From assembly GCF_002723155.1 (NCBI RefSeq), contig NZ_PBNO01000006.1: 64,000 bases of DNA, one strand, 5' to 3'. The notes below the pieces were generated by a model that worked only from the letters and a program-made list of their open reading frames with translations, was not told the DNA's origin and did no database searches. Origin of the DNA: Ponticaulis sp. GTDB taxonomy: Bacteria; Pseudomonadota; Alphaproteobacteria; Caulobacterales; Hyphomonadaceae. A program made the translations under genes and the position numbers. This document shows, piece by piece, positions 38,397-48,204 of the stretch; positions within the stretch are counted from its first letter, which is position 1, and the number at the start of each line of letters is the position of its first letter.

Positions 38397-38656
38397 TGTT
38401 ACGTGAAAAGAAGCCGATGTATCGCATCGGTATCGGGCTGATCGGCCTGAGCGTTCTAGGCTGGATCGCCGTGATCGGCCTGCAGCTCTTCGGTTTTGCA
38501 GCAGGATCGTCAGGCACGGTTCAATCATCGTTGGTGTTCAGCGCACTGCTTCCGATTTGCGGGGGATTGGGCATGCTGGTTCTGCTCATTCAGGTTGTTA
38601 TAGACCGTTTGAACAGCAAAGAAGACGACTATTATTCGAAGAATGTGGAGCGCTGA
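38396..38656 (+). CDS. Small 2-TM membrane protein
   Basis: Two hydrophobic helices, ending DDYYSKNVER; TGATG coupling to the MBL gene. Confidence 0.65.
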   Translation: MLREKKPMYRIGIGLIGLSVLGWIAVIGLQLFGFAAGSSGTVQSSLVFSALLPICGGLGMLVLLIQVVIDRLNSKEDDYYSKNVER

Positions 38657-38657
38657 T

Positions 38658-38972
38658 ATGATTATCACGACAACCGAGACAGTACCCGGCCGCGAAATCT
38701 CTGAGGTGATTGGTATCGCCAAGGGCAATGTTGTGCGTGCACGCTTTGTGGGGCGTGATATTATTGCAGGTCTCAGGACGCTAGTTGGCGGTGAAGTCGA
38801 CGAATACACGAAACTTATGGCCGAGGCGCGTGAACAATCTTACGACCGCATGCTTGAATCTGCGCGGCAAATGGGTGCAGATGCCGTCGTGAACGTCCGG
38901 TTCACAACATCCCTTATCATGCAAGGCTCATCTGAGATCATGACCTATGGAACGGCGGTACGTCTGAAATGA
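38658..38972 (+). CDS. YbjQ / UPF0145 family protein
   Basis: MIITTTETVPG, GRDIIAGLR..VGGE, GADAVV.VRF, YGTAV. Confidence 0.9.
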   Translation: MIITTTETVPGREISEVIGIAKGNVVRARFVGRDIIAGLRTLVGGEVDEYTKLMAEAREQSYDRMLESARQMGADAVVNVRFTTSLIMQGSSEIMTYGTAVRLK

Positions 38973-39829
38973 ACGATATTACTGAGGACAATCAGGAAAA
39001 GGCATCGCTTCTTGAGCGTGGTCTTGGCGAACTGAAAGAGCTGATTGTCACCATCGCGGTATTTCTGCCGGTCTGGTTTTTCGTCTCGCTATTTTTCTAT
39101 GAGCTCCGCTCCATTCCAAGTGAAAGCATGGTGCCAAACCTTCAGGTGGGTGACCGGGTTGCTGTTTCGAAATTCGCATACGGCTATTCGCGCTATTCTC
39201 TTCCGCTTGGCGTCGGTCGGTTTCTGCCATTGGGCGAAGGGCGAATGTTCGCGGGTGAACCTGAACGTGGTGACGTGGTCGTGTTTCGGCATCCCCACCA
39301 GGACCGCGTGATGATCAAGAGATTGATCGGTTTACCAGGCGACCGAATTCAGGCGGTCGATAATCTGATACTCCTCAACGGCGAACCGATGCGCCAAGAA
39401 CCAGTGCGCCGTGTCAGCTATCACGAGCATCGGTACGGCCAGCTGCTCAATGCAGATGAGTTGATGGAGACGACACCTGATGGCGTATCTTATCTGGTAC
39501 ATGATATCGTAGAAGAAATGCCGGGCGATCGTCAGCCACGCGCAACACCAGTTTTTGTCGTGCCTGAAGGGCATTACTTCTTCATGGGTGATAATCGCGA
39601 CAACTCTACAGATGCGCGCGCTCTGTCAGGGCATTGCCCGCAGAATTCTGAAGGCGTGATTGATCGTGCCGGTTGTACACCAGCGCGCCGTTATGGTCAG
39701 GAAGCTAGTATCGGCTTTGTGCCGTTTGATAACCTGATTGGTCGTGCGGATACGGTTCTGTTCACGCTGAACTTCTGCAGCCGTTACGAATCGGGCTGTC
39801 CGGAAGGTCGGGTCTGGAAAAGTTTGTAG
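38969..39829 (+). CDS. lepB: Signal peptidase I
   Basis: IPSESM (Ser), KFAYG, RGDVVVF, MIKRLIGLPGD (Lys), MGDNRDNSTD. Confidence 0.92.
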   Translation: MNDITEDNQEKASLLERGLGELKELIVTIAVFLPVWFFVSLFFYELRSIPSESMVPNLQVGDRVAVSKFAYGYSRYSLPLGVGRFLPLGEGRMFAGEPERGDVVVFRHPHQDRVMIKRLIGLPGDRIQAVDNLILLNGEPMRQEPVRRVSYHEHRYGQLLNADELMETTPDGVSYLVHDIVEEMPGDRQPRATPVFVVPEGHYFFMGDNRDNSTDARALSGHCPQNSEGVIDRAGCTPARRYGQEASIGFVPFDNLIGRADTVLFTLNFCSRYESGCPEGRVWKSL

Positions 39830-39890
39830 GCCTGATTATCCCTTAATTAGCCAGTTTATGAGAGCGTCCCTCGCTTAGAGGGACTGCTCC

Positions 39891-41060
39891 ATGCTGTATG
39901 AATTCGTTCGCTTCGCCGACTTGTCAGACGATGATATTTCCGTTTGGAAATCCATTATCTCTGGCGATATTTCGCTTTCCAGCCCGTTCTTTGAGCCCGC
40001 CTTTACGCGCATTGTATCTGAAGTACGTGACGATGTCTGGATCGTGCTGGGTCGCCTAGACGGCGCGTTAAAGCTCATATGGCCGATGCAAAAGGCCGGA
40101 CGGGTAGCAGAGCCAGTCGGTGCTCCGTTCTCTGACTATCATGGTCCGATCGTGGCTGCCGGTGCAGACTTTGATCCTGAAGAAATTATCAATGCTGTTG
40201 GCCTGAGTGTCATCAGAATGACAGGCGTGCATGATCCGTCCTGTCGATTGCACGGCTATGCACAGGAGTTTGATGGCGCCTTCGTAGTCGATGTTCGCAA
40301 AGGGGTGGACGCCTACTTTGCCACTCAGCGAGAACTCTACTCCCGTCACGCAAAAAAGCAGCGGCGTATCAAGCGAAAAATGGAGCGTGAGGTCGGTCCG
40401 ATCAGTTTCGATTTTGATGATCGAAATGAAGAGCACTGGTCAACACTGATGCGCTGGAAGCAGCGCCAGTACAATGAGACGGGGCGCCATAATGTGCTTG
40501 GCCCCAAATGGGTCCAGGAGATGCTCTACAAGCTTTGGAAGAGCGATGACGACGATTGCAGGGGGTATTTGCATACTCTGACCCATGAGGGCAGACTTGT
40601 AGCTGCTGAGTTCAACCTCGGAAATAAATCCACGATTCACGGCTGGGTGCCTTCCTATGACCCGGAGTTTCATAGCTATTCTCCAGGCAATATGCTGCAG
40701 GATTTCATTATCGAGGGCATGGAAGACTACGGACTAAGTTTCTATGATCTCGGTGTCTCGGCGGGTCATTATAAGAAATACTATGTCGAATATCAGATAC
40801 CCGTCATTCGAGGTGCGATCCGGTCTTCTTCTGTTATGTCGACACTGGGCGGGGCAAATGAACGGCTCTGGCTGAAGCTGGAAGACGCGCATATTCCGAA
40901 GGTCAGTCACGTCATGGGGCAGATCCGGCGCCGCTATGAGATTATTCGCTCCGCTGAACCGAGCTTCAGTGGTCGTATGGCCGGTGTGGCGAGCGCTGCA
41001 AAAAATGTTGTCAGCGGACCAAAACGTTCATCAGAGCTGCCTGAAGATACGGAAAGCTGA
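39891..41060 (+). CDS. GNAT-family acyltransferase (CelD/BcsL-like)
   Basis: SPFFEP, VGAPFSDY, SYDPEF..YSPG, YDLGV, HYKK pattern of Acetyltransf_6 proteins. Confidence 0.8.
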   Translation: MLYEFVRFADLSDDDISVWKSIISGDISLSSPFFEPAFTRIVSEVRDDVWIVLGRLDGALKLIWPMQKAGRVAEPVGAPFSDYHGPIVAAGADFDPEEIINAVGLSVIRMTGVHDPSCRLHGYAQEFDGAFVVDVRKGVDAYFATQRELYSRHAKKQRRIKRKMEREVGPISFDFDDRNEEHWSTLMRWKQRQYNETGRHNVLGPKWVQEMLYKLWKSDDDDCRGYLHTLTHEGRLVAAEFNLGNKSTIHGWVPSYDPEFHSYSPGNMLQDFIIEGMEDYGLSFYDLGVSAGHYKKYYVEYQIPVIRGAIRSSSVMSTLGGANERLWLKLEDAHIPKVSHVMGQIRRRYEIIRSAEPSFSGRMAGVASAAKNVVSGPKRSSELPEDTES

Positions 41061-41150
41061 AGACGTTTACCGATCTGTGTCCACAATGGCTTGCGCATGT
41101 CCGGAGCGACGGTTAACACCTGAAGGGTATCGTTTTTCGGGGAGGTCCAT

Positions 41151-41789
41151 GTGGCGACAGAAACGGACAGTCACATGACGCAAAGTCCTTCAGAAGAGAC
41201 GCAGGCTCCAAACAAGAAGCCGGGGCCGATTATCGTGGCGCGCCATGGTCGTCCGGCTCTTGATCGTTCCGCCGGTCCACGCCTGTCTTGGCAGGAGTAC
41301 AAAGACTGGTGGGCGCGTTATGAAATCGGCAGCCTCGCCGAAGGTCAGGAAGCGCCTCAAAAACTCAAAGACATAGTCGCGGATAGTGATGTCGTTCTGT
41401 CTTCCAGCCGTCCGCGTGCCCGCGAGACAGCAATGAAGGCTGCGCCCTGGGCTGACATCGAATCATCTGAGCTTTTCTGGGAAGCAAATTTGCCGCCACC
41501 GACCTGGGAGCGAGTGCGGTTTTTGCCGAAAACATGGAATATACTCGCGCGTGCTGCATGGCTTCGCGGGCATAAACTGGACGGTGAAGGCATCCGTGAA
41601 GCTGAAGCACGAGCTGAACAGGCTGTAGACTACCTCATTGATCGGGCTCAGGAAGGACAAGTGTTTCTGGCGGCGCATGGCTGGTTCAACCGCATGCTGC
41701 GTCCGCGCCTGAGAAAGCGCGGCTGGACGTGTAAGCAGGATGGCGGAGATCGGTATTGGTCATACCGGCTGTACACATTCGACGAATGA
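41151..41789 (+). CDS. Histidine phosphatase family protein
   Basis: ARHG, SSRPRARET, AAHG. Confidence 0.8.
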   Translation: MATETDSHMTQSPSEETQAPNKKPGPIIVARHGRPALDRSAGPRLSWQEYKDWWARYEIGSLAEGQEAPQKLKDIVADSDVVLSSSRPRARETAMKAAPWADIESSELFWEANLPPPTWERVRFLPKTWNILARAAWLRGHKLDGEGIREAEARAEQAVDYLIDRAQEGQVFLAAHGWFNRMLRPRLRKRGWTCKQDGGDRYWSYRLYTFDE

Positions 41790-41841
41790 CGTGTATCCCT
41801 GTAGCGTAAGATGTTCGGCTTTTTTCCTGTAGGAGTAAAAC

Positions 41842-42087
41842 ATGGGTGATCAGACATCCGTTGAAAACCTGAGTTTTGAGGACGCGCTGAAAGAGCTTGA
41901 GACGATTGTCGAAAAGCTCGAGGGCGGAGATGTCGAACTCGAAGAATCTATCAAGATCTACGAACGCGGTGCCGCGCTTAAAGCGCATTGCCTGGGAAAG
42001 CTGAAAAACGCCCAGCTCAAGGTCGAGCAGATCGTGCTGAATCAGGATGGTGACGTTTCGACGACTCCCGTCTCCGCAGAAAGCTGA
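41842..42087 (+). CDS. xseB: Exodeoxyribonuclease VII small subunit
   Basis: [18 protein letters not shown]...[11 protein letters not shown]. Confidence 0.95.
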   Translation: MGDQTSVENLSFEDALKELETIVEKLEGGDVELEESIKIYERGAALKAHCLGKLKNAQLKVEQIVLNQDGDVSTTPVSAES

Positions 42088-42098
42088 TTGGTGTTTCT

Positions 42099-42986
42099 GT
42101 GACGGATTTTGAAACCAAGCTTTCTGAAATTGCTGACAAGGTAACTGTCGTACTTGACCGTCTGATTGCGCCAGCGGATGGGCCGGAAGCGCAGCTTATG
42201 CGAGCCATGCGTTATGCATCACTCGCGACAGGTAAGCGTTTGCGTCCATTCTATGTGCTGACCTTCGGCTCACTGTTTGATGCACCGGAAAAATCTCTGA
42301 TGCGGACCGCTGCGGCGTTGGAATGCGTGCATACTTATTCGCTGATTCACGATGATCTTCCTTGTATGGACGATGATGACCTGAGGCGCGGTCAGCCGAC
42401 GGTTCATAAAAAGTTCGACGAGGCAACTGCAGTTCTGGCTGGGGATGCTCTGCTCACGCTTGCGTTTGAAATTCTGGCTAGCCCAGAAACCCATCCGGAT
42501 GCGCATGTCCGTTGCAAGCTGATAGAGAAGCTGGCGAAGGCTTCAGGCGCTCAAGGCATGGTCGGTGGGCAGATGATCGATATGCTGTCCGGCGATGTGC
42601 GGCAGGATCTCAACTCCATCACCAGAATGCAGCGTCTCAAAACAGGCGCACTGATTTCCTATGCTGGTGAAGCAGCCTGCATACTTGGCGGAGCAAGCGA
42701 TGCCGAGCGACATGCGATTCAGGGCTTTACCCATGATCTCGGTCTGGCATATCAGATCGCCGATGATTTGCTGGACGTCGAAGGCGATCCGGAAGTCGTT
42801 GGAAAACAGACTCAGAAGGATGAAGAAGCCGGCAAAGCGAATTTTGTATCCGTTTTGGGTGTTGAAGATGCACGCCAGCGTGTGCGGTTTTTAGCCACAC
42901 AATCCAAAGAACATCTCGCAATGTTCCGTAATCGTGCCACCTTATTGCTTCAATCCGTTGATTTTGTACTAGAACGACAAAACTAG
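42099..42986 (+). CDS. ispA: Farnesyl diphosphate synthase
   Basis: GKRLRP, HTYSLIHDDLPCMDDDDLRRG, LAGDALL, KTGALI, QIADDLLD. Confidence 0.95.
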   Translation: MTDFETKLSEIADKVTVVLDRLIAPADGPEAQLMRAMRYASLATGKRLRPFYVLTFGSLFDAPEKSLMRTAAALECVHTYSLIHDDLPCMDDDDLRRGQPTVHKKFDEATAVLAGDALLTLAFEILASPETHPDAHVRCKLIEKLAKASGAQGMVGGQMIDMLSGDVRQDLNSITRMQRLKTGALISYAGEAACILGGASDAERHAIQGFTHDLGLAYQIADDLLDVEGDPEVVGKQTQKDEEAGKANFVSVLGVEDARQRVRFLATQSKEHLAMFRNRATLLLQSVDFVLERQN

Positions 42987-43019
42987 ATAATAAGACGATT
43001 ATAGTCGGAAATTGCTGAA

Positions 43020-44936
43020 ATGACTGCCACGCCGCATCTGGACGAAATTCACCTGCCTTCAGACCTCCGCGATAAATCCCGCGACGAGCTGAAAGTGATC
43101 TGTGACGAGCTACGCACCGAAGTAGTAAACGCCGTTTCGACGACGGGTGGTCACCTGGGTGCTGGTCTGGGTGTCGTAGAACTGACGGTGGCAATTCATC
43201 ACGTCTTCAACACGCCAAATGATAAATTGATCTTTGATGTGGGACACCAGTGCTATCCGCATAAGGTTCTGACAGGACGCCGCGATCGCATTCGCACGCT
43301 CCGTCAGGGCGGTGGTCTGTCGGGGTTCACCAAACGCGCTGAAAGCGAGTATGACCCGTTCGGCGCAGCCCACGCGTCTACGTCTATCTCAGCGGGTCTC
43401 GGCTTTTCTGTTGCGAGCGCGCTCGATGGGCGTGAAGATCAAACGGTCTGTGTGATTGGTGATGGCGCGATGTCTGCTGGCATGGCCTATGAGGCGATGA
43501 ATAACGCTGGCGCGCTCAACAAGAAGCTGATCGTAATCCTAAACGATAATGATATGTCGATCGCGCCTCCGGTCGGTGCGATGAGCCATTATCTGTCCAA
43601 GCTGGTTTCTGGTAAGCCTTATCGCTCGCTGCGAAAGCTCGCGAAGAACCTCGTAAAGCCTATGGGACTCGAAAAGCCGGTTCGTAAGGCAGAAGAGTAC
43701 GCCCGCGGTTTCGCCATGGGCGGCACCATGTTCGAAGAGCTGGGCTTTTACTATATCGGCCCGGTCGACGGACATGACCTTGAGGTTTTGATCCCCGTGC
43801 TCGAAAACGTCCGGGACAGCTTTGATGGGCCGGTTCTGATCCATGCGGTTACGCAAAAAGGCAAAGGCTATGAGCCAGCTGAAAACGCTGACGACAAGTA
43901 TCACGGTGTTTCCAAGTTCAACGTCGTAACCGGTGAACAGGCAAAAGCGAAACCGGCTGCGCCGAGCTACACAAAAGTATTTGGTCAGACGCTGACAGAA
44001 CTCGCAAAGACCGACGATAAGATCGTGGGTATTACGGCTGCCATGCCTTCTGGTACGGGCATCTCGCTCTTTGCGGACGCGTTCCCTGAGCGCACATTCG
44101 ATGTAGGCATTGCAGAGCAGCACGCCGTGACGTTTGCGGCGGGTCTGGCGGCTGATGGCTTCAAGCCGTTTTCCGCGATCTATTCTACCTTCCTTCAGCG
44201 TGCCTATGATCAGGTGGTACACGACGTAGCCATTCAGAGGCTACCCGTACGGTTCGCAATAGACCGTGCTGGTCTTGTCGGCGCGGACGGTCCAACCCAC
44301 GCGGGCAGCTTTGATATCAGCTTTATGGGGCATTTGCCGCATATGGTCGTCATGGCTGCGGCTGACGAAGCCGAACTTGCGCGCATGGTTCTGACGTCCT
44401 CTTTGATTGACGATTCTCCATCTGCGTTCCGTTATCCGCGAGGAGAGGGCGTAGGTGTCGAAATTCCGACGGGTGATCTCCTTCAGCCTCTGGAGATCGG
44501 TAAAGGCCGCGTTGTTCGCGAAGGAAGTTCGGTCGCCATTCTCTCATTGGGGACCCGCCTTGCAGAATGCCTTAAGGCAGCTGATTTGCTGAATGCACAG
44601 GGTCTCACTGCTACCGTGGCAGACGCACGTTTTGCAAAGCCTCTGGATCATGCTCTGATCGACCAACTTGTGCGCCATCATGAGGTTCTCATTACGGTGG
44701 AAGAAGGCTCTGTCGGCGGTTTTGGTGCGTTCGTGATGCACTATCTCGCGGACGCAGGTCATCTCGACCAGGGACTTAAAGTACGCACTATGACGCTGCC
44801 TGATATCTTCATTGATCAGGACAAGCCTGAGGCTATGTACGAACTTGCAGGCCTCAGTGCGCGCCATATCGCCGAGAAAGCAATTTCCGCTCTCGGCCGG
44901 GGCAGTGTAGCGGAGCTCAACAAGGCGGCAGTCTAG
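43020..44936 (+). CDS. dxs: 1-deoxy-D-xylulose-5-phosphate synthase
   Basis: [49 protein letters not shown]. Confidence 0.97.
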   Translation: MTATPHLDEIHLPSDLRDKSRDELKVICDELRTEVVNAVSTTGGHLGAGLGVVELTVAIHHVFNTPNDKLIFDVGHQCYPHKVLTGRRDRIRTLRQGGGLSGFTKRAESEYDPFGAAHASTSISAGLGFSVASALDGREDQTVCVIGDGAMSAGMAYEAMNNAGALNKKLIVILNDNDMSIAPPVGAMSHYLSKLVSGKPYRSLRKLAKNLVKPMGLEKPVRKAEEYARGFAMGGTMFEELGFYYIGPVDGHDLEVLIPVLENVRDSFDGPVLIHAVTQKGKGYEPAENADDKYHGVSKFNVVTGEQAKAKPAAPSYTKVFGQTLTELAKTDDKIVGITAAMPSGTGISLFADAFPERTFDVGIAEQHAVTFAAGLAADGFKPFSAIYSTFLQRAYDQVVHDVAIQRLPVRFAIDRAGLVGADGPTHAGSFDISFMGHLPHMVVMAAADEAELARMVLTSSLIDDSPSAFRYPRGEGVGVEIPTGDLLQPLEIGKGRVVREGSSVAILSLGTRLAECLKAADLLNAQGLTATVADARFAKPLDHALIDQLVRHHEVLITVEEGSVGGFGAFVMHYLADAGHLDQGLKVRTMTLPDIFIDQDKPEAMYELAGLSARHIAEKAISALGRGSVAELNKAAV

Positions 44937-45023
44937 CCGCCTTCACCTTACGGTACCCCTTGATTTTAACGGTGATGACCGGCACTCAGATTGAAATATA
45001 AAAATCGTCTGAGGGAGATATCA

Positions 45024-46778
45024 TTGTCCGGTCAACCAGTAGCCGCCTTACCAGAAGGCTGGCCCGTTATGTCCATTGAGGACGCAAGCAAAGTTCTTAC
45101 ATCACCAGGCCTGCCGTTTGAGATGGAAATCCAATCCGTCAATGGCGTTCGCATGCCTGTATACAAGAACGCTTATCCTACTATGCGGGCTCTTTTTGAG
45201 TATGGTCGTGCGACTTGGGGGCCGCGCGATATGGTCGTGTTCGAAGACGAGCGCGTGACCTTCGAAGCAAATGCCCGCGCTGTGGAGCATCTGGCAAAGG
45301 CATTGCTCAACGATTTCGGTCTTCAAAAAGGCGATCGCGTCGCGATCTGTATGCGGAACTATCCGCAATGGCCGGTCGCATTCTGGGCGTGCCTTGTTAG
45401 CGGGCTCATTGCTACGCCTCTGAATTCCTGGTGGAAGGGTGAAGAGCTCGAATACGGACTTGAAAACAGCGGCGCGCGTGTCGCGATTGTGGATCCGCAG
45501 ATTTTCGAGCGTATTCAGGAGCATTGGCCAAATGTGCCAACTCTTGAGCGGGTGATCGTAGCACGTGCAGATCAGGATGATTATGCCGACCCGAGTGTCA
45601 CGGCACTTGAAGAAATTATTGGCAATGTAGGCAACTGGGCGAAGCTCCCGGTAATCGGACTTCCAGAGGTTGAGCTTCTGTCGGATGACGACGCAACCAT
45701 CATGTACTCGTCTGGAACTACAGGTCGCCCAAAAGGCATTCTGGCTACACACCGCGCGATCGTATCCAACATGTTCAATTCGATGGGTAACCAGGCGCGC
45801 GCGCTTCTGAGACGCGGTGACGAGATTCCGGTCAACGGGCCTGACGAGCCACAAAAGGCGACGCTTCTCGCAATTCCGTTCTTCCATGCGACGGGCGCTT
45901 TCGCGGTGCTGGCTCCGACGATGCATAACGGTCAGAAGATCGTCTCCATGTACAAATGGGACGCCGGTGAAGCGCTCCCGATCATTGAGCGGGAAAAGAT
46001 CACGACATTTGGCGGCGTTCCAGCGATCGCATGGCAGGTATTAGAGCATCCAGATCGCGAAAAGTACGACCTCTCGTCAGTGGAGGGCGTTTCATATGGC
46101 GGCGCGCCGTCTGCACCTGAGCTTGTCGCAACGATTAAACGCACTTTCAAAGATGCGCATGCGGCGAATGGCTGGGGAATGACCGAAACCTGCGCCACCG
46201 CTACGCTCAACCTTGCAGAAGACTACATTATGCGTCCGCAAAGTGCGGGGCTGCCGGGCTTTGCAATGTCCCTCAAAATTGTTGGCCCTGACGGTAAAGA
46301 AGTGCCGCGCGGCGAGGTTGGAGAGCTTTGGTGCTTTGGTCCATCAAATGCCAAACTCTACTGGAACCGGCCTGACGCAACGGCGGAGACCTTCATTGAT
46401 GGGTGGGTCGTCACTGGTGACTTAGCACGTATGGATGAAGAGGGTTTCCTCTATCTGGTGGACCGCGCCAAAGACATGCTCATCCGTGGCGGTGAGAACA
46501 TCTACTGTATCGAAGTCGAGAATACGCTCTACGAACACCCGGCCGTTATGGATGCTGCCGTCGTGGGTATTCCGGACAAGGTGCTTGGTGAAGAAGTTGG
46601 CGCTGTAGTGCAGCTGAAACCCGGCATGGACGTAAGCGAGCAGGAAATTCGTCATTTCGTTGCAGGTAAGCTCGCAGCGTTCAAAGTCCCAAAACGAGTG
46701 GAGTTCGAACGTGAACCTCTGCCACGTAATGCGAACGGCAAAATCCTGAAGAGCGAGCTTAAAGAGCGCTTCCTGTAA
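45024..46778 (+). CDS. Long-chain fatty acid-CoA ligase (AMP-binding)
   Basis: YSSGTTGRPKG, GWGMTE, TGDL, DRAKDMLIRGGENI, NANGKILK; TTG start 45024 with GAGGGA RBS. Confidence 0.92.
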   Translation: MSGQPVAALPEGWPVMSIEDASKVLTSPGLPFEMEIQSVNGVRMPVYKNAYPTMRALFEYGRATWGPRDMVVFEDERVTFEANARAVEHLAKALLNDFGLQKGDRVAICMRNYPQWPVAFWACLVSGLIATPLNSWWKGEELEYGLENSGARVAIVDPQIFERIQEHWPNVPTLERVIVARADQDDYADPSVTALEEIIGNVGNWAKLPVIGLPEVELLSDDDATIMYSSGTTGRPKGILATHRAIVSNMFNSMGNQARALLRRGDEIPVNGPDEPQKATLLAIPFFHATGAFAVLAPTMHNGQKIVSMYKWDAGEALPIIEREKITTFGGVPAIAWQVLEHPDREKYDLSSVEGVSYGGAPSAPELVATIKRTFKDAHAANGWGMTETCATATLNLAEDYIMRPQSAGLPGFAMSLKIVGPDGKEVPRGEVGELWCFGPSNAKLYWNRPDATAETFIDGWVVTGDLARMDEEGFLYLVDRAKDMLIRGGENIYCIEVENTLYEHPAVMDAAVVGIPDKVLGEEVGAVVQLKPGMDVSEQEIRHFVAGKLAAFKVPKRVEFEREPLPRNANGKILKSELKERFL

Positions 46779-46790
46779 TCTAAGAGCAGT

Positions 46791-46819
46791 TTGCGGAGGC
46801 GATTTACTCGCCTTCGCAA
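46791..46819. terminator. Hairpin between convergent CoA-ligase and OMF genes
   Basis: TTGCGGAGGCGA-TTTAC-TCGCCTTCGCAA, a 12-bp stem with one G-U pair; weak U-tract. Confidence 0.45.
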
Positions 46820-48204
46820 GCGACTATGCCTGTCTCTTCACAACCTGCGTCTAGTGCGGCGAGCAAAGAAACAGTTGCAGCAGCAAGATTAGCTTCTGTC
46901 TGGACGATGGTTTCACGGCTGGAAATCAGTGTGCGCTGAGAATCCAGAACATCAATGAAGCTGGCCAAGCCCTCGCGGTACAGCGCGTCGAGCTGGTCGT
47001 AAGCAGCCTGGCTGGCCTCCACAGCGCGAAGCTGCCCTTCAAGAGTTTCCTGAATAGCTTCAATGTTTATGAGCGCAATCTCGACTTCCTGAAGCGCGTC
47101 CAGCAATGTCGCTCTATAGGTCAGAGCTGCAAGCTCCGTGCGTGCGATCTGTATGTCGACCTCTGCCTGACGGCGTCCAAAATCAAATACAGGAATGTCT
47201 ACAAGCGCGGACAGACTATAACCGACCTCGTCAGAGCGGCCTGAAACGTCACCAAAGCCCGCCTGAATTTGACCGGGTATCCGAATGGACGGCAAAAGGT
47301 CTGCGCGTTCAGCATCAATCAACGCCAAGGCGGAGCGATAGTCAGCTTCCGCGGCACGAACGTCCGGGCGACGTCTCACCAGATCGGCGGGAATTCCGAT
47401 ATCAGAGACAAACTGAATCTGAGGAATCGTCTCTCTGTCCGGATTGGTAATCTGGCCCAGAGCCGACGGTTCTCCCATCAGGCGCTGGATTTCAAATTCC
47501 GCCTGCCTGCGTGCTGCGATGATCTGGCTACGTTGGGCAGCTGTGCGCGCGTAATCTGCCTGGGTGCGGTCTACGTCGAGTTTTGGTGACAAGCCGGCGC
47601 GATAGCGGGACTCTACGATTTGAAGCGTTCGCTCCTGAAGTTCCAACGTGGACTCAAGCAAAGCCAGTCGGGCGCTAGCACGGCGAAATTCGATATACTG
47701 GAGCGCAATTGCGCGGGTTATCAAACGACGAACATCATTTGCGTTCAAAGCGCTTGATTCCAAAGCTGCCTGAACCGAGGCAATGCGAGCAGCAGTTCGT
47801 CCATTCAGGTCGGGATCGAACGTGCCGCCAATGCCGGTCGATCCGGTAAAGTTTCCATCTAAGCCGCTCGTGATTACGCCGCTCAGCTGGTTGTTTACAA
47901 AAGCGTCTAGTGTGGGAAGCAAATCTGATTGAGATGCATCTCGTTGAAGCTGCGCGATATCAGTCTGTAAAAGCGCCTGGGCGACGCTGATGTTGTTTTC
48001 TTGCGCACGGTCTACCAGCTCTGTCAGAACCGGGTCATTGAACCCAAGCCACCAGTCCGCATAGGAGAGAGTTGTGTCGTCTGCCGGAAGGTTTGTGACA
48101 TAACTTTCCGGAAGAGATTGATCTAATGTTGGCGCTACGGTGCTCGTGGCACAGGCTGCGCAGAACGCAGTGGCACCGAGTGCTAAAATTCGAATTGATG
48201 TCAT
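46804..48204 (-). CDS. Outer membrane efflux factor (TolC/NodT family lipoprotein)
   Basis: Lipobox-like CAAC, WWLGFNDPVL, PADLVRRRPDV, LLP, GLASFIDVLD. Confidence 0.92.
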   Translation of the reverse strand: MTSIRILALGATAFCAACATSTVAPTLDQSLPESYVTNLPADDTTLSYADWWLGFNDPVLTELVDRAQENNISVAQALLQTDIAQLQRDASQSDLLPTLDAFVNNQLSGVITSGLDGNFTGSTGIGGTFDPDLNGRTAARIASVQAALESSALNANDVRRLITRAIALQYIEFRRASARLALLESTLELQERTLQIVESRYRAGLSPKLDVDRTQADYARTAAQRSQIIAARRQAEFEIQRLMGEPSALGQITNPDRETIPQIQFVSDIGIPADLVRRRPDVRAAEADYRSALALIDAERADLLPSIRIPGQIQAGFGDVSGRSDEVGYSLSALVDIPVFDFGRRQAEVDIQIARTELAALTYRATLLDALQEVEIALINIEAIQETLEGQLRAVEASQAAYDQLDALYREGLASFIDVLDSQRTLISSRETIVQTEANLAAATVSLLAALDAGCEETGIVACEGE

